This document shows, in pieces, positions 9,690-19,127 of a DNA stretch of 64,000 nucleotides (its first letter is position 1; each line of letters begins with the position of its first letter). The DNA is taken from NCBI GenBank assembly GCA_029259185.1, contig JAPDJF010000001.1, positions 9,156 through 73,155 on the forward strand, in the 5' to 3' direction. The DNA is from Hadesarchaea archaeon (GTDB lineage: Archaea; Hadarchaeota; Hadarchaeia; Hadarchaeales; WYZ-LMO6). The notes beneath the pieces are model-generated. The model searched no databases and was not told where the DNA came from. It saw nothing but the letters and a program-made list of their open reading frames with translations. A program made the translations under genes and the position numbers.

Positions 9690-10881
9690 GAACAGGGAGT
9701 ACCTGCGACCAACCTACACTCCCGAGAGACTCCCGCATCGTGAGGAACAGATCCACCAACTAGCTAGGATCTTGGTCGCCCCGCTTCGGGGGGAAACCCC
9801 GTCCAACATCTTCATTTACGGGAAGACGGGGACGGGAAAGACGGCGACAGTTAAGTACGTGATAAAGGAGCTGGAGAAGGTGGGAAAAGAGCTCCAGCGG
9901 AGGGTAGAGGGGATTTATGTAAATTGTGAGATGGTCAACACACGCTACAGGGTACTAGCAACCTTGGTGAATTGCTTGGTGGGAGGCGATAGGGGGGCTC
10001 GAGGCGTTCCAATGACTGGGTGGCCAACCGATGCGGTCTATGATTGCTTCCTCCGATCCCTTGACTCAACGGAGCGCGTGGTGGTGATAGTTATGGACGA
10101 AGTGGACAGGCTCGTTGCCAAGAACGGAGACGATGTGCTTTACGACTTGACCAGAATAAACTCAGAGCTTAGGAGCACTAAGGTGAGCGTCATCGGGATC
10201 TCAAACGATGCTAGGTTCACGACTTACCTTGATCCGCGGGTGAAAAGCAGTCTCGGAGAGGAGGAGATAGTTTTTCCTCCTTATAACGCGATCCAACTCA
10301 AAGACATTTTAGAGCAGAGGGCGTCGGAGGCTTTCAACCCAAGGGTCTTGGGGGAGGGCGTGATTCAGCTTTGTGCCGCCCATGCAGCGAGGGAGCATGG
10401 GGATGCGAGAAGGGCTCTTGATCTGTTGAGAGTAGCCGGAGAACTTGCGGAGAGGGATAATACTGGAATGGTGACGGTGGAGCATGTGAGGAGGGCATAC
10501 GAGAAAGTAGAGCAGGACAAAATGATGGAGCTCATAAGAACTCTCCCGAGCCAGTCGAAACTCGTGCTCTACAGCGTACTCTTGTTGACCGAAAAGGGGA
10601 GGAACAGGATAACGACGGGAGAGGTTTACGAAGCGTACAGGAGGATATGCAGGTCCGGTGGGGTGGACGTCTTGACCCCCCGCAGGGTGAGTGACCTCAT
10701 CTCAGAGTTAGACATGCTCGGAGTGATAAGCACCCAACTTATCAGCAGCGGGCGTTACGGTAGGACGAAAGAGATAGTCCTCAACATTTCTCCGGTTCAG
10801 CTTAGAGCGGCCTTGCAAGAAGATGACTCAATAAGCACTATCGACGTGCTCACGCTCCCACGTCAGCTGACGCTCATGTAG
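9661..10881 (+). CDS. cdc6: Cdc6/Orc1 replication initiator
   Basis: N-terminal motif YTPERLPHREEQI. Walker A IFIYGKTGTGKT. Walker B/sensor VVIVMDEVD. C-terminal winged-helix region. The start is chosen at the internal Met (MWLERKP) because the longer ORF overlaps the upstream gene. Confidence 0.9.
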   Translation: MWLERKPIFKNREYLRPTYTPERLPHREEQIHQLARILVAPLRGETPSNIFIYGKTGTGKTATVKYVIKELEKVGKELQRRVEGIYVNCEMVNTRYRVLATLVNCLVGGDRGARGVPMTGWPTDAVYDCFLRSLDSTERVVVIVMDEVDRLVAKNGDDVLYDLTRINSELRSTKVSVIGISNDARFTTYLDPRVKSSLGEEEIVFPPYNAIQLKDILEQRASEAFNPRVLGEGVIQLCAAHAAREHGDARRALDLLRVAGELAERDNTGMVTVEHVRRAYEKVEQDKMMELIRTLPSQSKLVLYSVLLLTEKGRNRITTGEVYEAYRRICRSGGVDVLTPRRVSDLISELDMLGVISTQLISSGRYGRTKEIVLNISPVQLRAALQEDDSISTIDVLTLPRQLTLM

Positions 10882-12423
10882 GTGGAGAAGGTGGATGGAG
10901 AGTTACTGGTTCGGAAATTCCGAGATGCAGACCTTTGCCTCACCCCGGAGGCTCTGGAGTTCCTCCTCAGAATGGAGGGCAAAGAGGTAGAGGAGCTCCT
11001 GGAGAAGCTGAAGAAGGTTCGTGATGGTCCTTTCGTTACTCCGGAGGTGTTGAGAAAAGCCCTAGGTCTTGAAGAGAAACCCTCCAAAGCGGAGGGAGAA
11101 GAGGGTGGAGCCACGGGTGGTCGCGCTCCGGAGAGAGGGTTAAAAGAGCTCTCTCATGGATCAAAACCCCTCGCGGCCGAGATAGATGCTAGGGTGGAGG
11201 TAATAAAGGACATAACCGGGAAGAGTTACAGCCGTGGGGAGATCAGGGATTTCTTGAGTCTATTCCGTGACCGTTACGAGCGTCTCAGCGCGCTTCTAAG
11301 GAGGCGAACAGATTTTCAGAATCCGGTTTATATTGAGGAGCTTGGGAGGATGGAAGGCGAGACGGTTACCGTTATAGGGATGGTAATGAGCAAGCGTGAA
11401 ACCTCCAGCGGACACCTACTGATCGAAATAGAGGACCTAACGGGGAGGGCGGCGGTTTGGGTTTTCAAGGGGCAGAGAGAGCTAATGCAGAAGGCCGGTG
11501 AGGTGGTACCGGATGAAGTCATAGGAGTAGAAGGAAACGTTCGTCCAGGCGATAAGATCCCCCGCATCCTAGCCAGAGACATAGTTTGGCCCGACCTGCC
11601 GACTCCGAGAGAACCAACGCGCGCTGACGAGCCTGTTTGTGCTGTGTTGATCTCCGATCTGCATGTGGGGAGCAAAATGTTTCTCGAAGACGTTTTCATG
11701 AGGTTCATTAAGTGGCTGAGGGGGGAGCTGGGAAATGCGGATCACCGCGAGCTCGCGGGTAGAACGAAGTATGTGGTTATAGCTGGGGATGTGGTGGACG
11801 GAATAGGTATCTATCCAAAACAGGAGGAAGAACTCTTGATCCATGATATCTTCAGACAGTACGAGGAGGCCGCGAGATTGCTGGAGCAGATCCCTGATCA
11901 TATAACAATAATAATCTCCCCTGGAAATCACGATGGGGTAAGACCCTCTGAACCTCAACCGGCTATTTCGAGGGAGGTGGGTGGACGATTGTATGAGCTG
12001 AATTCGGTCATGGTCGGAAACCCAGCTTGGGTTTCCCTCCACGGAGTTAAATTTCTGATCTACCACGGCAGGAGTTTTGATGACCTAGCGGCCACGGTGC
12101 CCGGGAGCAGCAGGAGCGATATTTCATCGATGATGATTAAACTATTACAAAAGAGACACATGGCCCCGGTCTACGGTGGGAGGGTAGCGGTGGTTCCGGA
12201 AGAAAAAGATTTCTTGGTGATAGAGGAAGTTCCAGATGTTTTTCACTGTGGTCACGCCCATGTTTACGGGCTCAAAAGCTATCGATCTGTCTGGGCGGTC
12301 AACTCGGGGACATTTCAGACGATGACTACTTACATGTGGGAGAGGGGGATAACTCCGACCCCCGGGATAATCACGGTGATGGATTTACAAAAAAATCAAC
12401 CGAAGGTGATAAGACTTGCGTGA
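10882..12423 (+). CDS. DNA polymerase II (PolD) small subunit DP1
   Basis: Calcineurin-like phosphoesterase motifs are present: ISDLHVG, AGDVVDG, GNHD, YHGRSFDD and CGHAHV. The N-terminal region is PCNA and DP2-interacting type. Length 513 aa. Confidence 0.9.
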   Translation: MEKVDGELLVRKFRDADLCLTPEALEFLLRMEGKEVEELLEKLKKVRDGPFVTPEVLRKALGLEEKPSKAEGEEGGATGGRAPERGLKELSHGSKPLAAEIDARVEVIKDITGKSYSRGEIRDFLSLFRDRYERLSALLRRRTDFQNPVYIEELGRMEGETVTVIGMVMSKRETSSGHLLIEIEDLTGRAAVWVFKGQRELMQKAGEVVPDEVIGVEGNVRPGDKIPRILARDIVWPDLPTPREPTRADEPVCAVLISDLHVGSKMFLEDVFMRFIKWLRGELGNADHRELAGRTKYVVIAGDVVDGIGIYPKQEEELLIHDIFRQYEEAARLLEQIPDHITIIISPGNHDGVRPSEPQPAISREVGGRLYELNSVMVGNPAWVSLHGVKFLIYHGRSFDDLAATVPGSSRSDISSMMIKLLQKRHMAPVYGGRVAVVPEEKDFLVIEEVPDVFHCGHAHVYGLKSYRSVWAVNSGTFQTMTTYMWERGITPTPGIITVMDLQKNQPKVIRLA

Positions 12424-13225
12424 GCGAAGAATCGAAAGGGCCTCAGGATTCATCTTAGACATGGACGGGGTTCTCTACTTGGAAGACTCTCCGATCGAAG
12501 GGGCATCGGAGACCGTGAGGAAATGGCGTGAGAAAGGGAAAAAAGTCATATTCCTAACCAACAACTCCTCCCTCTCAAGGAGGATGTATGTGAAGAAGCT
12601 ATCCAAGATGGGCATTAGGGCGGACGAGCGAGAGATAATAACCTCAGCTTACATGACGGCTCTCTATTTGCAGAGGAGGTGTGAGGAAACCTTATTGTAT
12701 GTGGTTGGGGAGAGAGGGCTCAGAGAGGAGCTAAAGGAGGCGGGACTTGAGATGGTTGGAGAGGAGGAGGCGGAAACCGCTACCCATGTGGTGGTGGGAA
12801 TAGATCGATCGTTTAGCTACGATAAGATAGCGGCCTCATTGAGCGCCCTCAGCAGAGGGGCCAAACTGATAGCGACGAACCCAGATCCAACCTATCCAAC
12901 GGGGAGGGGACTCCTACCCGGAGCGGGAGCGATGGTAGCGGCCATCTCCAAGTGTTCAGGAAAGAGACCTCTCATCGTGGGCAAACCTTCTCTGAGGATG
13001 TATGAGTTCGCTCTCCGTATCTTGGGGATGAAACCGGGTGAGGTGGTAGCGGTGGGTGATAGGGTTGATTTAGACATCAAACCTGCGAAGAAGCTGGGGA
13101 TGATCTCGGTGCTGGTTCTCAGCGGGGTGAGCGGGCGTGATTCGCCGATACCGAAGGAAGCTTATTTCCCTGACTATGTCGTTGATCGGATATCAGATTT
13201 GGAGGTGAATCGATGGAAGCGATGA
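12416..13225 (+). CDS. HAD-superfamily hydrolase, subfamily IIA-like
   Basis: Motif I FILDMDGVLY and motif IV VAVGDRVDLD are present. Length 269 aa. It is embedded between the two PolD subunit genes. Confidence 0.6.
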   Translation: MRERRIERASGFILDMDGVLYLEDSPIEGASETVRKWREKGKKVIFLTNNSSLSRRMYVKKLSKMGIRADEREIITSAYMTALYLQRRCEETLLYVVGERGLREELKEAGLEMVGEEEAETATHVVVGIDRSFSYDKIAASLSALSRGAKLIATNPDPTYPTGRGLLPGAGAMVAAISKCSGKRPLIVGKPSLRMYEFALRILGMKPGEVVAVGDRVDLDIKPAKKLGMISVLVLSGVSGRDSPIPKEAYFPDYVVDRISDLEVNRWKR

Positions 13226-16200
13226 GTTCGAGAATGAAGGAGTACTTTGACGAAATCGAGAGGAAGGTCGAGGAAGCGTATGAGATCGGGAGGAGAGCTC
13301 GCTCACTCGGCCTTGATCCCGAGCTGAGTCCAGAGATTCCGATCACGCGAGACTTGGCCTCCAGAGTAGAGGAACTCGTGGGTCCACCGGGTGTGGGTGA
13401 GGTAATCCGAAGGCTGGAGAAGGAAATGTCGAGAGAGGAGTTGGCACTCAAGGTCGCGGAGATGATCGTTGATGGAGAATTGAGTGGGGAGAGAAGTGAT
13501 GAGAAAAGAGCAGAGCAAGCGATCCGAACTGCGCTCGCGATAATAACCGAGGGAATAGCGGTGGCCGCACCCCTTGAAGGGCTAACGCAAGTGAAGATAC
13601 GGAAGAACTTGGATAAAACCCCATACTTAGCGTTGTACTTTTCGGGCCCGATAAGATCCGCAGGGGGGACAGCGGCTTCGCTTGCTGTTCTTACGGGCGA
13701 CTTTGTCCGCAGGAAGTTGCTCCTGGAGCCGTTTAAACCGACGGAGGAGGAAGTTGAGAGATTCGTGGAAGAGGTTAATCTCTACGCTAGCGAGGTAGCC
13801 CATCTCCAATACACTCCTCCTTCCGCCGATGACATACGCCTCGCGGTGCGCAACCTTCCGATAGAACTTACCGGAGAACCCACGAGGCGGGATGTGATGG
13901 TGACGGCTCACAGGGATCTTCCTAGGATCGGGCATAACTTCGTTCGGGGCGGGGCGGTCTTGGCACTCGTTGAAGGGGTGTTGCAGAAGGCTCCGAAGAT
14001 CCTGAAATACGTTAAAAAACTGGGGATCGATGGCTGGGAGTGGCTTGAGGAGCTGGTGGGCAGGATCCCGGCTACGGATGAGGAAGTGGAAGTGCCGAGG
14101 GGAGACAAATATTTGGAAGAAGTGATAGGAGGCAGACCGGTGATATCCCATCCAGGCAAACCTGGTGGACTGAGGCTTAGGTATGGGAGGTCTAGGAACA
14201 CGGGAATAGCGGCACTGGGACTTCACCCCGCAACGATGGTGATTTTGGGTGGATTCCTAGCGGTTGGAACTCAACTCAAGATCGAGCGTCCAGGTAAGGG
14301 GGGAGCCGTGGCCCCAGTGGACTGTATAGAGGGACCAATAGTGAAGCTCGTGGACGGGTCGGTGGTGCAAGTCTCGTCGGTGGAGGAGGCCCAAGAGTTG
14401 GTTGGCAAGGTCAAGGAGGTGATTTCACTCGGGGATTTGCTCGTGGGGTTCGGGGAATTCTTGGAGAATAATCATCCATTAATGGTAGCGGGGTACTCTG
14501 AAGAATGGTGGGCTCAGGAGGTCGAGCGAGCGCTCACTAAACAGGCATTCGGTAGAGATCTCTCCCCTTACCTTTCTCCTCCTTATCCGAAGCCACCTGC
14601 GAGGCTCGCGATAGAAATTTCAGAGAGGCTTGGGGTTCCACTTCATCCAGCTTACACGTACTTTTTCCACGATGTGGGCGTCCCGGAGTTGCTTGACTTA
14701 GCTAGGTGGCTTGCTGAGGGGAAAGCGGAATTCAAGGATGGCGAACTACAAATGTTGGTTTTGTCGTTCAACGAAAGGGCTAAGCGGATACTGGAATTGC
14801 TCGGTGTACCCCATCGGGTTGAGGGGGGGGAGGTAAAAGTGGGGGAGCACGCTTTGCCCCTCTGCAGGTTGTTAGGAATGTTGGGAAGAGGTGAACTGAC
14901 GGATGAAAAACTCAAGAAGTTGGCGAGGGAGAAGCCGGGTGTAGATGCAGTGGAGTTCGTCCAGGAGCTGGCAGGGTTCCCGATAAGGAAGAAGGCCCCA
15001 ACCAGAATAGGGTGCAAGATGGGTAGACCCGAAAAAGCGAGTCCTAGGGAGATGAGACCTCCGCCCCACCTGTTATTTCCCGTGAGTTCCAAAGGGGGGC
15101 CGACGAGGAGTGTGGTGAAAGCGGCGATGAGCGATGAGGTTTGGGTAGAGATCGCCCACCTCCAGTGTCCCGCATGTAAAACGGTGGGATTCTCTAGGAA
15201 GTGTCCGAATTGCGGGCAGCAGATGGAGTTCGTAAAGACGTGCCCTAGGTGCGCCCGGCAATCGACGGAGGAGAGGTGTCCTACGTGCAGGGTCAGAACG
15301 GAGTACTTCAGCAAAAGGAGGGTGGAAATCGGTAAGCTCTTGGAAGAGGCTCAGCGGAGACTCGGGGAGAAGGCCCCGGCGGGACTCAAGGGGGTAAGGG
15401 GCATGTCAAGTGCTTGTAAGATCCCTGAGCTCCTCGAGAAGGGGATCTTGAGGGCAAAGCACGGCTTACATGTGTTCAAGGATGGTACCGTTCGCTTCGA
15501 CGCGACGAATCTCCCACTAACCCACTTCCGCCCGAGGGAGATAGGAATTTCGGTGGGGAGGTTGATAGAACTCGGTTATACGCGTGACTACTTAGGACAA
15601 CCACTTGAAAGAGACGACCAGATACTCGAACTCAAGGTTCAGGATCTAATCCTCTCAGAGAGTTGTGCGGACTACATGCTCAGGGCATCGAAGTTCGTAG
15701 ATGAATTGCTCCAGAAGGTGTACCATCTTCCCCCTTATTACAATGCTTCCAAGAAGGAGGACTTGGTGGGCCACCTCGTGATCGGCCTTGCCCCCCATAC
15801 TTCGGTGGGAGTGGTCGGAAGAATAGTAGGGTTTACCAAAGCGAACGTGGGATACGCACATCCATATTTCCACGCGGCGAAAAGAAGGGATTGCGATGGT
15901 GATGAGGATGCGGTGATGCTTTTGCTGGACGCCCTCCTCAATTTTAGCAAACGTTTTCTTCCGGCCACGCGAGGAGGATTTATGGATGCCCCCCTGATCC
16001 TCAATGTCCACATCAATCCTAGGGAAGTGGATAAAGAGGTACACAACATGGATACGATGTTTAGATATCCGTTGGAGTTCTACGAGGCTACCCTCAGGTT
16101 CGCCCATCCGTCTGAGGTGGTGCACCTCGTGGAAACCGTGGAACGTCGGCTCGGGAGCGAGACCCAATATGAGGGGCTGACCTTCAGCGTCGATACCTCC

Positions 16201-16644
16201 GACATAGCTAAAGGGCCCCTCGTCTCAAGTTATTCGATTCTCGAGAGTATGGAGGAGAAAACATTAGCACAGCTGGAGCTCGCAAGACGAATCCGGGCCG
16301 TTGACGAGCGAGATGTAGCCGAACGTGTAATAGAACACCATTTCATTCCAGATTTGAGGGGGAATTTGCGCAAGTTTTCGAGTCAGCAGTTCAGATGCAC
16401 GGGATGCAATGCAAAATATCGCCGTATTCCACTTGGGGGATCTTGTCCTGAGTGTGGGGGAAACCTCGTTTTGACCGTTTCGAGGGGTACGGTGGAAAAA
16501 TACCTAAACATGGCAATGAAGGTGGCTGATGAGTTTCAAGTCAGAGAGTACACTAAGCAGTGTTTGAAGCTCGTTGAGAAAGACATAAAATCTGTCTTCG
16601 AAAGCGATGCCCAAAAGCAAGTGAGTTTGGCAGATTTTCTGTAG
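13213..16644 (+). CDS. DNA polymerase II (PolD) large subunit DP2, no intein
   Basis: N-terminus MEAMSSRMKEYFDEIERKVEEAYEIGRRARSLGLDPE. Catalytic region GHLVIGLAPHTSVGVVGRIVGFT...DCDGDEDAV. C-terminal zinc module CTGCNAKYRR...CPECGG. Length 1143 aa, continuous. Confidence 0.9.
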   Translation: MEAMSSRMKEYFDEIERKVEEAYEIGRRARSLGLDPELSPEIPITRDLASRVEELVGPPGVGEVIRRLEKEMSREELALKVAEMIVDGELSGERSDEKRAEQAIRTALAIITEGIAVAAPLEGLTQVKIRKNLDKTPYLALYFSGPIRSAGGTAASLAVLTGDFVRRKLLLEPFKPTEEEVERFVEEVNLYASEVAHLQYTPPSADDIRLAVRNLPIELTGEPTRRDVMVTAHRDLPRIGHNFVRGGAVLALVEGVLQKAPKILKYVKKLGIDGWEWLEELVGRIPATDEEVEVPRGDKYLEEVIGGRPVISHPGKPGGLRLRYGRSRNTGIAALGLHPATMVILGGFLAVGTQLKIERPGKGGAVAPVDCIEGPIVKLVDGSVVQVSSVEEAQELVGKVKEVISLGDLLVGFGEFLENNHPLMVAGYSEEWWAQEVERALTKQAFGRDLSPYLSPPYPKPPARLAIEISERLGVPLHPAYTYFFHDVGVPELLDLARWLAEGKAEFKDGELQMLVLSFNERAKRILELLGVPHRVEGGEVKVGEHALPLCRLLGMLGRGELTDEKLKKLAREKPGVDAVEFVQELAGFPIRKKAPTRIGCKMGRPEKASPREMRPPPHLLFPVSSKGGPTRSVVKAAMSDEVWVEIAHLQCPACKTVGFSRKCPNCGQQMEFVKTCPRCARQSTEERCPTCRVRTEYFSKRRVEIGKLLEEAQRRLGEKAPAGLKGVRGMSSACKIPELLEKGILRAKHGLHVFKDGTVRFDATNLPLTHFRPREIGISVGRLIELGYTRDYLGQPLERDDQILELKVQDLILSESCADYMLRASKFVDELLQKVYHLPPYYNASKKEDLVGHLVIGLAPHTSVGVVGRIVGFTKANVGYAHPYFHAAKRRDCDGDEDAVMLLLDALLNFSKRFLPATRGGFMDAPLILNVHINPREVDKEVHNMDTMFRYPLEFYEATLRFAHPSEVVHLVETVERRLGSETQYEGLTFSVDTSDIAKGPLVSSYSILESMEEKTLAQLELARRIRAVDERDVAERVIEHHFIPDLRGNLRKFSSQQFRCTGCNAKYRRIPLGGSCPECGGNLVLTVSRGTVEKYLNMAMKVADEFQVREYTKQCLKLVEKDIKSVFESDAQKQVSLADFL

Positions 16645-16691
16645 TCGGTTCTGGGGATCGTCATTTATTTTTGAAGGGGAGAATTGTTTTG

Positions 16692-16776
16692 GCCGGGGTA
16701 GCCTAGCCAGGTAAGGCGACAGCCTCGAGAGCTGTTGACCCATCGGGTCTCGAGGGTTCGAATCCCTCCCCCGGCG
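16692..16776 (+). tRNA. tRNA-Ser (anticodon CGA) with a long variable arm
   Basis: Manual fold: acceptor GCCGGGG/CCCCGGC, D-arm GCCT/AGGC, anticodon stem ACAGC/GCTGT with loop CUCGAGA, variable hairpin GACCC..GGGTC, and T-arm GAGGG-TTCGAAT-CCCTC. CCA is not encoded. Confidence 0.8.
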
Positions 16777-17095
16777 CTGTAGCAAAGTGAAGGATATCCC
16801 CTTTGATGGGGGATTCAATGGGAATTTTCCTTCGGATCTTGAAATTCATTTAGCGCTACAATTAGAGCAGATGCCGGTGGGTTCTAATCTGGTTCAAAAT
16901 TTACAGGATTATTTCGAAAAATGTTCTCCAATACCTAATTGCTGGCGGGGCTGTTCCCCGGCGTGTGGACACCCGTTTCATTGTAAAATACTCGAGGGGC
17001 CATGGCTACCGGGGGCTAACACCCCGCCAGCGATTATTTTGGATATAAAACATGTTTTAATCTAACGGCTAAATACTCAATCAGGAAACGTTAGG

Positions 17096-17171
17096 GCCGC
17101 CGTAGCTCAGCCGGTAGAGCGACCGCCTCGTAAGCGGTAGGTCGTGGGTTCAAAGCCCACCGGCGGCTCCA
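17096..17171 (+). tRNA. tRNA-Thr (anticodon CGU), CCA encoded
   Basis: Manual fold: acceptor GCCGCCG/CGGCGGC, D-arm GCTC/GAGC, anticodon stem ACCGC/GCGGT with loop CUCGUAA, and T-arm GTGGG-TTCAAAG-CCCAC. Discriminator T followed by CCA. Confidence 0.8.
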
Positions 17172-17179
17172 GATTTTGG

Positions 17180-17365
17180 TTACATCTTCTCCAACAGCTC
17201 GAAGAATTTTTCTCGAGTGAGCTCCGCCTCCCGGATTATCGCCCTCACAAGTGCTGGCTTGACCTCTTTGCCCGGATGAACTGGGACAACAGTGCGCATG
17301 TTCCCTTTCATCAGGATAACATGAGAACCCTTCCTTCTTACGACCTGAAATCCTTCATGGATCAA
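17180..17365 (-). CDS. hicA: HicA-family mRNA-interferase toxin
   Basis: The 61-aa sequence MIHEGFQVVRRKGSHVILMKGNMRTVVPVHPGKEVKPALVRAIIREAELTREKF matches the YcfA/HicA fold signature (GSH...PvH). Confidence 0.75.
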   Translation of the reverse strand: MIHEGFQVVRRKGSHVILMKGNMRTVVPVHPGKEVKPALVRAIIREAELTREKFFELLEKM

Positions 17366-17402
17366 TATTTTGATGAGCTTCTCAGCTGGAACGGGTCCGA
17401 TT

Positions 17403-17642
17403 TTAGGTATGAACCTCTACTTTTTGTAATCCTACAACTGACTGAGCCATTTTGAGAACTTCTGATTTCTCCTCTTCATCCAAGGTTTCTAGGTAGAGCT
17501 CAATCGCTTCTTCAACGTTTTTCATCAACTCTTCGAGCGTTTCGCCTTGCGTGTGGCACCCGGGTAGGGAAGGAACAAACGCCACATACCCGCCCGTTTC
17601 ATCTTTTTGAACCACGACATCAAACATCAATCTCTTGGCCAT
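17403..17642 (-). CDS. hicB: HicB-family antitoxin (UPF0150)
   Basis: The 79-aa sequence MAKRLMFDVVVQKDETGGYVAFVPSLPGCHTQGETLEELMKNVEEAIELYLE is the classic HicB N-domain. It lies directly upstream of hicA on the same strand. Confidence 0.75.
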   Translation of the reverse strand: MAKRLMFDVVVQKDETGGYVAFVPSLPGCHTQGETLEELMKNVEEAIELYLETLDEEEKSEVLKMAQSVVGLQKVEVHT

Positions 17643-17768
17643 GCTCTCTCCAACCGCTACTTTATGTGAATCTGAGTATAAAATCTATTTCTGGAAGTTC
17701 TAGACTCTGAATATTGCTCAACTTCCAGTTTGACAAGCAATTATAAGGGGTGTTGAGCCAGGAGGCAA

Positions 17769-18020
17769 GTGGGAGAAACCTCTGTCCCTTATACTTCTGG
17801 TGAGAAACCCACCGGCGAAAAGGCTTTGAAGGTGCTCACCTACTTCTTTGAGAACCCGCGAGAGGAAGTTTACTTGCGGGAACTGGCGCGCCGGCTACGG
17901 ATGAGCCCAGCAACTGTTATGCGAGCTCTGCGTCTCCTCATTAGAGAAGGCTTGATAACCAAGCGCCCGGAGAAGCACGCCACCTATTTCAAGGCCAACC
18001 TTAACAGTTATGTAAAGTAA
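17769..18020 (+). pseudogene. 5-prime (winged-HTH) half of an HTH-nucleotidyltransferase (MNT) gene disrupted by an IS630 insertion
   Basis: YLRELARRLRMSPATVMRALRLLIREGLITKRPEKHATYF is homologous to the N-terminus of the intact 186-aa paralog at 57559-58119 (YVRELAEKLGLSPSKVSVASRALELQGILKSEERGLAKFY). The ORF terminates 14 nt before the IS left end. Confidence 0.55.
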
Positions 18021-18033
18021 CAGAACTTCAAAG

Positions 18034-19105
18034 TTGTAAAGTATTTATATTTCAATAGGAAACGAGAGATAGGGCGATGAGACAGCTGTTTGTCAGAAGG
18101 CTCACCAAGCGGGAGAGGGACTTCGTTTACAGACTCATCGAGGACAAGCGGTACAGAGCGCGGGGGCTCGTGATCGCGCTGAGCTACGAGGGCTATCCTG
18201 TAGACATGATTGCTAGAAAGGTCAATATGCACCCGGTCAACGTGAGGAAGTGGATACGGAGGTTCAACCGATCCGGTGTCGAGGGCATTGCTCCCCAGAA
18301 GGTCGGGAGGAAGCCGAAGCTGGACAAGCGGACGGAGGATCGGATCGTCGCGATCGCGCTGATCGACCCGGAAGCGCTGGGGCTCCGATTCTCGACTTGG
18401 AGCCTGCGCAAGCTGAGCGCCTATCTGAGATCAAGGGGGATAGCCGACCTGAGCCACACCCAGCTCAGAACCATCCTGACGAGCAGGGGGTTGAGGTTCA
18501 GGCGGAGCAGGGCCAAGCTCATTTCCCGAGACCCCGAGTACGAGGCCAAAAAGCGCAGAATTCAGCGCCTGCTGAGACACCCCAACTGCAGGGTCATGTT
18601 CGAGGACGAGAAGCGTCTGGTGGCCAAGGAGTACGGCGGGTGAAGCTGGTGTAGGAAGGCAAAAGTGGTGGAGCTGAACCAGCGGACGCGGGGGAAGGAG
18701 ATTCTCTTCGTCGCCTACGACCCGCACCGGCATCGGATCGTGAGGCGGTACACACCGAACATGCACGCGCGGTGCTTTGTCGAGTTCCTGAAGCTCCTGT
18801 CGCGCACGACCGACGAGGACATCTATCTGATCTTGGACAACCATCCATCTCATCGCTCGAGGGAGGCCGGGGAGGTGTTCGCGAAGGGCAAGATAAAGCC
18901 CGTGTGGTTGCCGAAACATGCGCCCGAGCTGAACGATGTGGACAAGATCATCTTCTCTCTTCTTCAGCGGGAGGTCATTCAGAACCGGAAGTTCAGGTCG
19001 CTCGATGAGATGGAGCGATGCATCGACCGATGGATAAGAGGGTTCAACTCCTCACACAGAATAAATCCAAGTTTACAAAATTGAAGCACAATTATTTTAC
19101 AATAC
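18034..19105 (+). mobile_element. IS630/Tc1-mariner family insertion sequence, about 1.07 kb, with imperfect terminal inverted repeats
   Basis: The left end TTGTAAAGTATTTATATTTCAAT pairs with the reverse complement of the right end, TTGTAAAATAATTGTGCTTCAAT. The interior is markedly more GC-rich than the flanks. It encodes an IS630-type transposase. Confidence 0.65.
18077..19084 (+). CDS. IS630-family transposase (HTH plus DDE_3 domains), interrupted by a single in-frame TGA at 18641-18643
   Basis: The N-part (188 aa) carries HTH and pairing domains. The C-part (139 aa) is the DDE region (ILFVAYDPHRHRIV...LILDNHPSHRS...LPKHAPELNDVDKIIFSLLQREV). Both parts are in the same frame and are separated only by the TGA (EYGG*SWCRKAKVVEL). 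Confidence 0.7.
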
Positions 19106-19127
19106 TCTTAACCCATGCTTCAGAGAG

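Noticed and set aside
18250-18919. Long ORFs in alternative frames and on the antisense strand inside the IS630 element (134, 162, 84, 78 aa)
   Set aside because: They lie in a very GC-rich stretch where stop-free frames arise by chance. The in-frame transposase reading (HTH plus DDE) explains the region. No recognisable motifs.
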